Shown piece by piece: positions 27,231 through 36,172 of a DNA stretch of 39,906 nt. The notes below the pieces were generated by a model. It was not told where the DNA came from and searched no databases. It saw nothing but the letters and a program-made list of their open reading frames with translations. This DNA is from Bacteroidota bacterium (GTDB taxonomy: Bacteria > Bacteroidota > Bacteroidia > Chitinophagales > Saprospiraceae), in NCBI GenBank assembly GCA_038529855.1, contig JBCBDH010000001.1:1-39906 (forward strand), written 5' to 3'. Within the stretch, counting starts at the first letter, position 1. Every line of letters begins with the position of its first letter. The translations under genes were made by a program, and so were the position numbers.

Positions 27231-28811
27231 ATGATGGCCAATAAACTTAAATATGAGGTGACCACCAATCCCAGCCCGCTTTACTATACCCGGGATTCCC
27301 TCAATCCTTCGATCACGAATATTCTGATTGCGATTACGCCCAAAGAGAAGGAAGATGTACTGTGCAATGGCCTACAATTTGCCATTCAGCTGGGATCAGA
27401 TGATAGAGGGTTGACAACAGTAAATAACGAATCGAGTATTGTCCCTGAAAGTCTACAGGCTTCTTGGGTGATGGAAAGGTTTTCAGTAGGAATCTATCGG
27501 GCTTTTCCATTGACTCCTGGGACGGTGATCAAAGCTGGGGAGGTCATTACCTTTCAATTGCAAGGGGTGATTGTCAATGAAGTGGAAGGGACAAGCTTAC
27601 TCAATATCGTCGCCAATCTGCCTGGTGGTTCAGAGGATAATAATATCACGCTGTTTAAGGTAAGATCGAGTTTGGATATCGGCAATTTTTCTGCTAATCC
27701 CACGGAGGTTTATCCAGGGCAGTCGAGTAACCTGAGTTGGACAAGCACGGCAGCGTCTAAAGTGATCCTATTACCCGATAATCCTTCGGATTTACCGACC
27801 ACTGGTACGCATCCGGTCAGCCCAATCATTTCTACTACTTACTATTTGACGGTTTTTGGGGAAGGGCCCTCGATTACCAAGAGCTTTCCCCTTCAGGTCG
27901 TCAGAGCTAATATTGTCGAATTTACTTCCAGCGCAAATTCTATCAAGGCCGGAGAAACAGTAGAGCTTCGATGGGTAGTTCAAGGTGCCGCTTCTATAGA
28001 GATCACGCCTGGTAATTATAAAAACCTACCAGCAAGCGGTTCGATCACCGTACAGCCTACCTCTATTACCGTTTATTCACTCAAAGCCAGTAATGTTAAT
28101 TCCCAAGATCAGCGGGATTTGACCATCGTGGTAGATAATCCGATCCCTAGAATTGTCAGCTTTGGGGCTGATCCCTTGTTTATCTTATGGTTCAATCCCT
28201 CGCCAGTTCAGTTATTTTGGTCAATTACCGATGCAACACTTATTGATCTTACCCCAGGGCCTCATCCAGAACTTCAGCCTGAAGGCAGTCTGACTGTTTA
28301 TCCAAATCAAACTACGACCTATACATTGACGGCCAGTAATGTACAACATACTGTCTCGCAATCTATCACGGTCACCCTTGGTCAGCAGGAAGCGACTGTT
28401 TACCAGCAAGGAGCCGAAGGGGGGCGGATGATCATTGGTCTTTACGAGACCAATTTACCACTTGGGAGTGCCGTCTCCTTATTCTGTCCAGAAACCGGAA
28501 CCAATCCTAAAATTGATATTCCTAAGACGACCATTACAGAGGACTTCCGAGGGTATGTGGCTGCGATGATGTCTGATATACCAGCTAATTTCGTCGGTAC
28601 TTTTTATGTGACTTATTATCCTGAGGGTAAGCCCCTTCCAACAGATGCCACACTCGAGGTGCGGGTGATTCCCTATAATCCACCTTTTCCACCCTATAAT
28701 GTTCTACAAAATCCATCTATGGCCTTTCCTGCTGATGGGGCAGCCAATGCAGCCAATACTTCTGGGATTGTATTTTCAAAAGTGATGGAGATCAAGAAAG
28801 GAGGAGGCTAA
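27231..28811 (+). CDS. Tandem paralogue P5 (526 aa), the most divergent, with a distinct C-terminal tail
   Basis: N-terminus MMANKLKYEVTTNPSPLYYTRDSLNPSITNILIAITP. It has three Ig-like repeats. The C-domain keeps NLPLGSAV, IPKTTI and FYVTYYPEGKP but ends in a P/A/N-rich tail (...IPYNPPFPPYNVLQNPSMAFPADGAANAANTSGIVFSKVMEIKKGGG). Confidence 0.9.
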   Translation: MMANKLKYEVTTNPSPLYYTRDSLNPSITNILIAITPKEKEDVLCNGLQFAIQLGSDDRGLTTVNNESSIVPESLQASWVMERFSVGIYRAFPLTPGTVIKAGEVITFQLQGVIVNEVEGTSLLNIVANLPGGSEDNNITLFKVRSSLDIGNFSANPTEVYPGQSSNLSWTSTAASKVILLPDNPSDLPTTGTHPVSPIISTTYYLTVFGEGPSITKSFPLQVVRANIVEFTSSANSIKAGETVELRWVVQGAASIEITPGNYKNLPASGSITVQPTSITVYSLKASNVNSQDQRDLTIVVDNPIPRIVSFGADPLFILWFNPSPVQLFWSITDATLIDLTPGPHPELQPEGSLTVYPNQTTTYTLTASNVQHTVSQSITVTLGQQEATVYQQGAEGGRMIIGLYETNLPLGSAVSLFCPETGTNPKIDIPKTTITEDFRGYVAAMMSDIPANFVGTFYVTYYPEGKPLPTDATLEVRVIPYNPPFPPYNVLQNPSMAFPADGAANAANTSGIVFSKVMEIKKGGG

Positions 28812-28826
28812 AGTTTGGCGATCTTC

Positions 28827-30008
28827 TTATCTAAATTCTAAGAGTTTTTTGGTTCCAGCGATCCAAAAAGGGCTGATCAGCAGGGTGAGTGAAATCACTA
28901 TAATGGTCAATTGATAAGTGAAGTCGGTGATGATTTGGGTATAATAGGCGCTAGCGGCCAGGATAAAGCTCAATTCACCAACCTGTGCTACTAAGGCGCC
29001 ACCATAAAAGCTGTACCGCCAGTTTCTGCCAAAATAGTGGAGGATAATGGCATTGATCAGGTGATTGCTTAGGAAAACCGTAAATATCAGCATTAGGATG
29101 ATGGTCCAATTATCCAGTAGGAAGCTTAGGTCAATAAGCATACCTACAGAGATAAAGAACAAGGCGACAAAAATAACTCTAAAAGCATGTAAGCTATCGT
29201 GAAACCAATCTGTTGAACGTGCGGCATGGACAAATATTCCCCCGACAAATGCGCCAAGTGCGGCCGATAGGCCAAAAAAGGCGGTCACCCAGGCAAAGCC
29301 CAAACAAATGATCAAAGCCACAAAGACCTGTAATTCGTGGTCCTTTTCGATTTGTTGGCTAAAAGGCAAAGTGATTTCTTTTTTCTTGACGATCCAAAGG
29401 ATGCCCCCAATGATTAAAAGCCCTCCAATCACTTGCAGGAAAATCTCCTCTGCTGGTGGAATGGCTCCTCCCAAATAATTGGTCGCAATAAGCATGGGTA
29501 CAATCAAGATATCCTGCATCAACAAGATGCTAATGACATTTTGCCCAATAAAGGTCTGGGTTTCCTTATTGTCCTGCAACAACTTGATTACCACCGCTGA
29601 ACTACTCAGACTGATGACAAAACCCAAAACGATGATTCGATTCCAGGCCCAGTCAAAATAAAAACCAATCAAGCTAATCAAGAAAATACTAGCCAATACC
29701 TGAAAAGCGGTTCCAATCGTAGCCACCTTCCAATTCTTGACCAAATCGGGTAAACTCACCTCCATCCCGATAAAAAAGAGCAAGAGGATAAGGCCAAAAT
29801 CGCCCATTCGCGTAATAAACTCTCGATCCGTAATGATTTGAAAGCCATCCTCTCCCAGCAAGACACCTGCTAAAATATAGGCGATGATGTAGGGCTGATG
29901 AAAATAGCGGAGTAAGGTCCCCAAGGAGATAATGACCAGACCGATCAAAACCAGTTTGGGGAGATTGGGGTCCATAGCGGCTAGTAGGATCATAGGGCGG
30001 GTATCCAT
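28827..30008 (-). CDS. Cation:proton antiporter, CPA2 (Kef-type) membrane domain only
   Basis: A polytopic hydrophobic protein of 393 aa. The N-terminal block QPYIIAYILAGVLLGEDGF...MGDFGLILLLFFIGMEVSLPDL is typical of Na+/H+ exchanger family proteins. No C-terminal KTN/RCK domain is present. Confidence 0.8.
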   Translation of the reverse strand: MDTRPMILLAAMDPNLPKLVLIGLVIISLGTLLRYFHQPYIIAYILAGVLLGEDGFQIITDREFITRMGDFGLILLLFFIGMEVSLPDLVKNWKVATIGTAFQVLASIFLISLIGFYFDWAWNRIIVLGFVISLSSSAVVIKLLQDNKETQTFIGQNVISILLMQDILIVPMLIATNYLGGAIPPAEEIFLQVIGGLLIIGGILWIVKKKEITLPFSQQIEKDHELQVFVALIICLGFAWVTAFFGLSAALGAFVGGIFVHAARSTDWFHDSLHAFRVIFVALFFISVGMLIDLSFLLDNWTIILMLIFTVFLSNHLINAIILHYFGRNWRYSFYGGALVAQVGELSFILAASAYYTQIITDFTYQLTIIVISLTLLISPFWIAGTKKLLEFR

Positions 30009-30351
30009 TTGGGGTATTGGGGATGCTGCTGAGGCAGTTAGTAATCGAATGATAAGGAAAAAATGGCGTTTATGGATAAGTCAGGATATATTTATTTTAA
30101 TTGTAGTTAAGGACCATTTAGTAGGTGGAAATTATTTTTGATGAAAAAGAATTTGTATTCTATACCTTGAAAAATCCAGAAAAAAATAGCAGGAAATCCA
30201 AAGAATGAGCAGCACTTGATCTAAGGAGAAAGGCTAAAAGGTGATGTCGTAATAGCCAATGACCTATTATGGATTCGATTATTATTGGGTGAGTTTACTA
30301 GGTTAAGGATAGAAATCAAAGGATATATTGCTTGAAAATAAATCCAAAAAA

Positions 30352-31719
30352 ATGTCGACTTCAAAGTTTATAGAAATCCTATCTATTGTAAAGGGAACCG
30401 CGAAAAAGGATTTAAAAAATTTTATTTTTATGTCCACTAATCATCTCTCAGATCGAGAGCGGGAAATTATGCTATGCCTATTGGAGGACATTAGCAAAAA
30501 GCGAAAAATTAGTGAATCCAAGATCATCAATACTTATTTGGAGCAAGGAGAGATAGCCAATTGGAATCGCATAAAGAATCGACTGACTCAGGTAATAAAG
30601 CGTTATTTTTTGATCCAAGAAATTGAGCAGGGGCCCAGGTACAGAGATTCCCTCCTATTGGGCTACTTTCAAAAAGAGGGATTGACCAAGAATTATATGG
30701 CATTAGATAGTAAAATTCGCAAGGATAGGTATCCCAAAGATGAAAAGACGAGCTTATTTAATTTTTGGAATGCTGAAATTGGCATTAATAGTAGAAAGGA
30801 ATTGCGAAAGAAAGATCACTTCCTCTCAGAGATGGATCAACAATTGGATGATTTTTACCTCGAAAATAAATTGCGGCTTTTGTGTGAGCAGATTAATCGA
30901 TCCTATATCATCAATAGCGAAGTGCATTTTACCAGTCTTCCAGATTACCTAAAAGATCGTATTGAGGCTTCGTCTTCAGAGGGAATTGCCCTTTATTATG
31001 AAATCTATAAGATGTTGACTGCTGAGCATTCAAGTAGCCATTTTTGGAAGGTGGATCAGCTGATAGCCAACAGCTCTTTTTCCAAGGCTTACAAAAAAGA
31101 GGTATATGATAGGTTGATGAACTACTGTGTTCGGCAAATCAATCTTGGCCAAATTAGTTTTGCCAAACAATACATCAAGTATATTGATCAACTGGCCAAC
31201 TTGAAGCTATTTATCCAAGCGAATAGAATAAGCGCACTAAGGTTTAAAAATTGCATTACGGTTGGAGTCATTGCTGACGATCAGAAGTGGCTAACTCGCT
31301 TTATAGCCGAAAATGCCAACTATTTGGATGCAGAGACCAAACCAGCGGTGCTTAGTTTTAATCAAGCCTTTATCTTATTTTATCAAGGAAATACCACCGC
31401 AAGCCATGACTTACTAAAGGCGTTTAAACCCTTTGATATTTATTACAAAATTGCCCATGACCTGCTCTTATTGAAGATACAGTATTTGCAATTATTATCA
31501 GGTTCCTTTTTAGCCATGAATTTTAAAACGCGTATTGAAAGTGTAAAAAAATATATCCGACAACAAGATAGACTTCGACCTGAACGAAAGAAGCAAGTAA
31601 TCAATTTTTTGAATATACTAGCTAAATTAAGGACGAATAAAGCTATTGACCTCCACGCTGACCATCTAGCCATTATTGATTATCTGTGGCTGGTTCGAAT
31701 AGTCGAGCAGAAGAAGTGA
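30352..31719 (+). CDS. Hypothetical all-alpha protein (about 455 aa), AT-rich gene
   Basis: Track ORF 30328-31719 starts at a TTG. ATG 30352 gives MSTSKFIEILSIV. The protein is K/E/L/I-rich and looks helical, with no motif I recognise. Confidence 0.7.
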   Translation: MSTSKFIEILSIVKGTAKKDLKNFIFMSTNHLSDREREIMLCLLEDISKKRKISESKIINTYLEQGEIANWNRIKNRLTQVIKRYFLIQEIEQGPRYRDSLLLGYFQKEGLTKNYMALDSKIRKDRYPKDEKTSLFNFWNAEIGINSRKELRKKDHFLSEMDQQLDDFYLENKLRLLCEQINRSYIINSEVHFTSLPDYLKDRIEASSSEGIALYYEIYKMLTAEHSSSHFWKVDQLIANSSFSKAYKKEVYDRLMNYCVRQINLGQISFAKQYIKYIDQLANLKLFIQANRISALRFKNCITVGVIADDQKWLTRFIAENANYLDAETKPAVLSFNQAFILFYQGNTTASHDLLKAFKPFDIYYKIAHDLLLLKIQYLQLLSGSFLAMNFKTRIESVKKYIRQQDRLRPERKKQVINFLNILAKLRTNKAIDLHADHLAIIDYLWLVRIVEQKK

Positions 31720-31735
31720 CCCTCGCGAGGGCCAC
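31716..31735. terminator. Palindromic GC-rich hairpin between convergent genes
   Basis: The sequence gtgaccctcg/cgagggccac is a near-perfect palindrome with one mismatch. It overlaps the stop of 30352-31719 and lies 24 nt from the end of 31759-32130. Confidence 0.4.
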
Positions 31736-31758
31736 TTCCAACTAGATGCCTCCTGACC

Positions 31759-32130
31759 TTATTTAGTCAAGGAAATCGTTTCGGAAAAAGAATTTCCAAA
31801 AGCCGTCATAACCAAAACCTTATACTGCCCCTTTGCAAGATGACTTAGGTCTACCTGGCAAATTGGTGCAAAGCAGCCATTGGCGTCAATAATGAGTTGA
31901 TGGCTGCTGGTGTAGAGTTCAATCTTCACAACAGGATCTTCAGAATTATGGGTGTTGATATGCATAATATCATCTTCCATAACAATGGAGCCAGTTGCAG
32001 AAGTATTGGCCACTAGCCTTTGTACGGGTGTTTGCGTACAGGGCATTGGGCTTTGGGAAATGGGTAGGCCAACAAAAAATAGGTTGGCAAGGAGATTTAG
32101 GATTAATGCATTTGATTTGATGAATTCCAT
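31759..32130 (-). CDS. Small secreted protein with a T9SS-type C-terminal sorting-domain-like region
   Basis: It has a signal-like N-terminus (MEFIKSNALILNLLANLFFVGLPISQS). The C-terminus, KIELYTSSHQLIIDANG...VDLSHLAKGQYKVLVMTAFGNSFSETISLTK, resembles the Por/T9SS CTD pattern (..l.dls.l..G.Y.v.v......k.i.k). Confidence 0.5.
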   Translation of the reverse strand: MEFIKSNALILNLLANLFFVGLPISQSPMPCTQTPVQRLVANTSATGSIVMEDDIMHINTHNSEDPVVKIELYTSSHQLIIDANGCFAPICQVDLSHLAKGQYKVLVMTAFGNSFSETISLTK

Positions 32131-32278
32131 AACGTAAAAAATTAGAGTTATGGAAGGCCTTCCAGGTTAATGAATGAGCATGTGCACTGCCGTTTACATC
32201 ACACAAATAGCGAGGAAATACTTAAAAATAGACGTCAAAAGGCTTTCGCAATGATTTTGAAAGGCTTTCGCAAGCAAA

Positions 32279-33328
32279 ATGCTAGTTATGAAAGATGAAT
32301 TTTGGGCTAAGATCTCCGCTGATATCGAAACACAATATGGTAAAGGGCATCCTTCAAATTGGAAGATTGGCTCTATCCGCGCCTTTTTGGTGGATATGGA
32401 GGATAAGCTATATGATATTTGTCAAGACGATTTTAAAAAGGCAAAATTGTGTGGGGTCCCTTTTGTAAAAGGAAAGTATTTTGTCGCGGAATGGAAAGCT
32501 ATTGATACGGTTACTTTTCGCCGAATTTTTAAATATCAAACGAGTAGGGGACAGGCTAGTACTAAACACCAATTTGCCATTTACCTAGGTTATGAAAGTT
32601 ATGAGGACTATGTAAATAAACGGGATATAACACTAGATCGACCCTCTAGCTCTCCACCAGCAGAACCGTCTGAAAATAAAAGCCCTAAGTACTTCCTCTA
32701 CCTCTTCGCTGCGCTCATCACACTGCTGCCCATCACTTATGGGCTGTTGACCTCGCTGGATCAGCACCCTATTTCGCTTGACATGGATCAACAGGAAAAT
32801 CTATCAGCTTTTAGATTAGTGGGGACGGAGCGGCAGCGAGACGCTTCAGCAGAGGGGAGCGATAGCAGCTCTATTGAACCAATGGAAGGGCAACAAAAGA
32901 TAGTGCCCTCATCCCCTTTGATTAGGGCTAAAGAAAGCACCACCTCTGACACTTCAACGGATAAAGCTTCTAGCGAAGAGGAGGAAAATCCCGCTCCCAA
33001 TAATCCACCCCCCAAACCCTCGCTCACTGGAGAAAAAGCTAGCCCTGATTATTGGGTCTCCTTGAGGGTGTTGGATACTGAGGATAATCAACCCATTCCA
33101 GGCGTAAGGGTTGGGATTGCTCAGCTGGTGAAACAAACGGATAGTTTGGGACTCGTCCACTTAACCCCTTCAGATATGGAGCAAGTCAAAAAAGTCTATG
33201 ATATGCTGGCCCCCATACAATATACCAAGCAAGGATACCTCACGGTGAGAGGTCAACTTAACCTGAGCCAAAGAGGCACAGACATTATATCACTTAAAAA
33301 AAATAAAGATGAATCAACTAATGATTAG
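32279..33328 (+). CDS. Hypothetical single-pass membrane protein with an acidic/Ser-rich linker and a CarboxypepD_reg-like C-terminal beta domain
   Basis: The TM segment is KYFLYLFAALITLLPITYGLLTSL. A low-complexity S/E/P-rich stretch follows, then WVSLRVLDTEDNQPIPGVRVGIAQLVKQTDSLGLVHL. It overlaps the next gene by 20 nt. Confidence 0.65.
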   Translation: MLVMKDEFWAKISADIETQYGKGHPSNWKIGSIRAFLVDMEDKLYDICQDDFKKAKLCGVPFVKGKYFVAEWKAIDTVTFRRIFKYQTSRGQASTKHQFAIYLGYESYEDYVNKRDITLDRPSSSPPAEPSENKSPKYFLYLFAALITLLPITYGLLTSLDQHPISLDMDQQENLSAFRLVGTERQRDASAEGSDSSSIEPMEGQQKIVPSSPLIRAKESTTSDTSTDKASSEEEENPAPNNPPPKPSLTGEKASPDYWVSLRVLDTEDNQPIPGVRVGIAQLVKQTDSLGLVHLTPSDMEQVKKVYDMLAPIQYTKQGYLTVRGQLNLSQRGTDIISLKKNKDESTND

Positions 33329-34280
33329 CCTTCTGCTATTGAGTGCCTGCTTTTGGCAGGTTCATGCGCAGGAAAAGTTTTCCCTGACTATTTTGGCCAT
33401 TGATAAAGAGACCAAGACAGGGATTGACAGTGTCAAGGTATTTGCAAAAGAGGCGCACAGCTTTATATATACCAATGCGGATGGCCTTGGTGTATTTCGC
33501 AAGGTATTACCTGAAGAGGACATCTCATTGGTTCTCACCAAGGAGGGGTATGTACCCATTGATATCAATACGTCTAGGATTTCCAGCATGATTACAAATA
33601 ATATCGCCATTATTGAGATGATCAAGCTACCTCCCGAAAACCGCTTTTTGATTTATGGAAAAATAGAAGGGCAGCGAGCCAGGAATGTTCCCAAAGCATT
33701 GGTAGAAGTAGGGGGGTGGATCGAACAAGCTTTCCACCAATATTCTGATAGCTTGGGCAATTACTTCTTTCAGATACCCAAACCCAAGGATGAGCTACGA
33801 TTCAATGAACTGCGCTTCAAAGTCAGTCATCCAGATTATAAGGTGTATAAAAAGAACTACATCTTACAGCCTGGCCAACAATATGTTCAAATCTATGCTG
33901 AGTTGGAGGAGCGATTTAGGTGGCATATTCCCCTCTCAACGGCTTCCTATGTTGGGGGAAGTGTCTTAATAGGCTTTGGGATTGATCGCTTTTTTGAGGG
34001 GAAGCGTTTGCATGACGATTATGAAGAATATCTGGATGAAGCTGTATTTTTAGCTGAATACCCACAATATGAAAATCGGGAGGAAGCCTATTTGGTATCT
34101 GAAGATCAACGGGTAAGAGGGCGTAATTTAATCAGCGCGGGCATCGTCTTCGTTGCACTACCAAGTATCTATTACCTCGCCAGAGGAATCAAGAAAAAAC
34201 GATTTAAAAATCTAGGAGTTGGTCTTATTCAATCTCCCAGTATGGAATCTTCGACCGTACAGATGACCCTAAAGTTTTAA
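33309..34280 (+). CDS. Hypothetical envelope protein with signal peptide, CarboxypepD_reg-like domains and C-terminal TM segments
   Basis: The signal peptide is MNQLMISLLLLSACFWQVHAQ. FSLTILAIDKETKTGIDSVKVFAKE...TNADGLGVF follows. Hydrophobic segments are YVGGSVLIGFGIDRFF and LISAGIVFVALPSIYYL. Confidence 0.65.
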   Translation: MNQLMISLLLLSACFWQVHAQEKFSLTILAIDKETKTGIDSVKVFAKEAHSFIYTNADGLGVFRKVLPEEDISLVLTKEGYVPIDINTSRISSMITNNIAIIEMIKLPPENRFLIYGKIEGQRARNVPKALVEVGGWIEQAFHQYSDSLGNYFFQIPKPKDELRFNELRFKVSHPDYKVYKKNYILQPGQQYVQIYAELEERFRWHIPLSTASYVGGSVLIGFGIDRFFEGKRLHDDYEEYLDEAVFLAEYPQYENREEAYLVSEDQRVRGRNLISAGIVFVALPSIYYLARGIKKKRFKNLGVGLIQSPSMESSTVQMTLKF

Positions 34281-34347
34281 TCAATTGATTAGAGGAAGGT
34301 ATCATCGTATTTACCATCATTTTATTACCAATAATTACCCATAGGGA

Positions 34348-34371
34348 AGTGGTTGGAGACGATCAACCACT
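34348..34371 (+). terminator. Weak hairpin downstream of 33309-34280
   Basis: The sequence agtggttg-gagacgat-caaccact forms an 8-bp perfect stem with an 8-nt loop, 68 nt after the stop. There is no clear U-tract. Confidence 0.25.
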
Positions 34372-34441
34372 CTGCAATACTAATTAATGCCACAGGTGGA
34401 TTTAGCGTAAGCTCAAGCCACTTTATTAAAAATATAATCAA

Positions 34442-36118
34442 ATGAATCATTCAATCTATATATGGCTACTTGGACTGTGTATCGTGATCAGTGCTTGTGA
34501 GAAGCACCCCTGGAAAGAATTTGATCGAATCAATTCCAGTCTTCCCAATGCCAATCTCCGCGCTCAATTCAATATTAATGACAATGCTTGTCTGGTGCCT
34601 TGCGACCCCATGTTTGAGAATACCTCCATTAATGCCTTGGAATACGAATGGTATTTTGGGAATGGGGACAATGCAACTGATGAGAATCCCTCCTATGTAT
34701 ATGAGCAGCCAGGCGTATACGAGGTGATGTTGATTGCCAAAAACTTTGCATTAGCAGATACTGCGATACAAAGCCTGATCATACAAGATGAGGCCTTGTT
34801 ACCCATTGCTAATTTTGATGTTGACAATAACAATTGTTTGGTGCCTTGTAATCCTATGCTTATCAATAGCTCCATCAATACAGATTCTATTCGATGGGAT
34901 TTGGGAAATGGACTAAGTTCTAATTTAGATGAGCCTGGACAGATATATGATCTGCCAGGAGATTATGAGGTGAAGCTATTGGCCTATGGGAATAATGCGG
35001 TGGATTCCATCACAAAGACCATCTCTATCATCGCGCCTATTACCTTTGAGAAAACCTATCTAGTTGATCCCAATAATCGCTATGTAGGGGGGGCAGTTCT
35101 TCAATTGGAGGATGATGGCTATATGATCACAGGATACAACTCTTCAGACAACGCGAGCTATATGCTTCGTGTAGATGACAGCGGAAATACCCAAATAGAT
35201 AAGCATTATGGCAATGGAGGGGCTTATTCGCTTACTACACTAAATGCTCAGGAATATCTGATTACAGGATTCAATTTAAACCTTACTCAGGGATTTGGCA
35301 CTGCTTATATCCTTCGAGTCAATGGTATTTTTGATCAATTACAAGCATTCTCTTTTGATCAAGGTGGAGATCGCTTTTACACGGTAGCCAAACAAGCCTC
35401 CAATAATGAACTATTGATGGGGGGACGCATAGGGACGACAAGTCAAGTCACTGCCGCCATTTTAAGAATGGATGCTAATTTTAATACAGATACGATTCTG
35501 TATACGGATTACACACAGGTATTTGACTTGATCATTACCTCAGATAATCGTTGTTCGTTTATCTGTAGAAATGAAGCACAACAGCTCTTTTTAGTCAAAA
35601 CCAATGCAGACTATTCCTCTATTGCCTGGGTTTTGCCACTACCCACCTATCAAATTCCCGATCTTAAGGATAGCGATCATTTACTAATAGAGGATGACAA
35701 TGGCGATTACATCATCGTTGGTTATGCACCCTCAGGTAATTTAGGACAGCAAGATGCAACGCTGATAAAAGTATCGAGCAATGGCCAGCAGCGTTGGCAG
35801 AAATATTATGGAGGAGCCTTAAATGATCAAGGGGCCAGTGTCCAGAATACGGCTGATGGTGGTCTTATCCTGCTGGGTTCAACGGAGAGTTTTTCTAGTG
35901 GAGGGAAGGATGTCTATTTAGTGAAGACGGATGAAGAGGGAGCAGTACTTTGGGAGCGTACTTATGGTGGATTGGATATTGACTTTGGTACTTCAGTTAA
36001 GCAGACCCGTGACGGTGGTTTTATTCTGACTGGAGGTACTCAGAAAAACGAAGTAGGAGGTATACGGGATCAGATTTATTTGATCAAAACGGCTTCTAAT
36101 GGTCAGATATATGAATAA
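34442..36118 (+). CDS. Lipoprotein with two PKD domains and a C-terminal beta-propeller-like repeat region
   Basis: The lipobox is LLGLCIVISAC. The PKD signatures are FENTSINALEYEWYFGNGDNATDENPSYVYEQPGVYEVMLIAKN and a second copy, LINSSINTDSIRWDLGNGLSS...PGDYEVKLLAYGN. Repeated YGG...D.G.SV..T.DGG.IL.G motifs follow. Confidence 0.8.
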   Translation: MNHSIYIWLLGLCIVISACEKHPWKEFDRINSSLPNANLRAQFNINDNACLVPCDPMFENTSINALEYEWYFGNGDNATDENPSYVYEQPGVYEVMLIAKNFALADTAIQSLIIQDEALLPIANFDVDNNNCLVPCNPMLINSSINTDSIRWDLGNGLSSNLDEPGQIYDLPGDYEVKLLAYGNNAVDSITKTISIIAPITFEKTYLVDPNNRYVGGAVLQLEDDGYMITGYNSSDNASYMLRVDDSGNTQIDKHYGNGGAYSLTTLNAQEYLITGFNLNLTQGFGTAYILRVNGIFDQLQAFSFDQGGDRFYTVAKQASNNELLMGGRIGTTSQVTAAILRMDANFNTDTILYTDYTQVFDLIITSDNRCSFICRNEAQQLFLVKTNADYSSIAWVLPLPTYQIPDLKDSDHLLIEDDNGDYIIVGYAPSGNLGQQDATLIKVSSNGQQRWQKYYGGALNDQGASVQNTADGGLILLGSTESFSSGGKDVYLVKTDEEGAVLWERTYGGLDIDFGTSVKQTRDGGFILTGGTQKNEVGGIRDQIYLIKTASNGQIYE

Positions 36119-36130
36119 AAAGTATAATGA

Positions 36131-36155
36131 TTCTCCAGGGCTATGCCCTGGAGAA
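36131..36155. terminator. Bidirectional hairpin between convergent genes
   Basis: The sequence ttctccagggc-tat-gccctggagaa forms an 11-bp perfect stem with a 3-nt loop. It lies between the stop at 36118 (+) and the stop at 36173 (-). Confidence 0.6.
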
Positions 36156-36172
36156 GTTTAATAAACTAGGTT

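Larger units (their letters stand above)
20705..28811 (+). repeat. Tandem array of five gene-sized repeat units (period about 1.61-1.69 kb), coding
   Basis: The start-to-start distances are 1685, 1611, 1617 and 1613 nt. Similarity between units extends into two of the spacers (25573-25617 versus 27187-27230). Confidence 0.9.

Noticed and set aside
20705-28811. The 1.6-kb periodic repetition as a possible CRISPR array, satellite or mobile-element array
   Set aside because: The period is gene-sized, each unit is a full-length ORF with conserved protein architecture, and there are no short direct repeats with unique spacers.
4489-28811. Interpreting the cluster as a contractile injection system/T6SS, a Tc (ABC) toxin locus or an Rhs/polymorphic toxin locus
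   Set aside because: I could not see sheath, tube, baseplate or VgrG-like sequences, AAA+/ClpV-type Walker motifs, YD/Rhs repeats or PAAR-like motifs. The analogy is only organisational.
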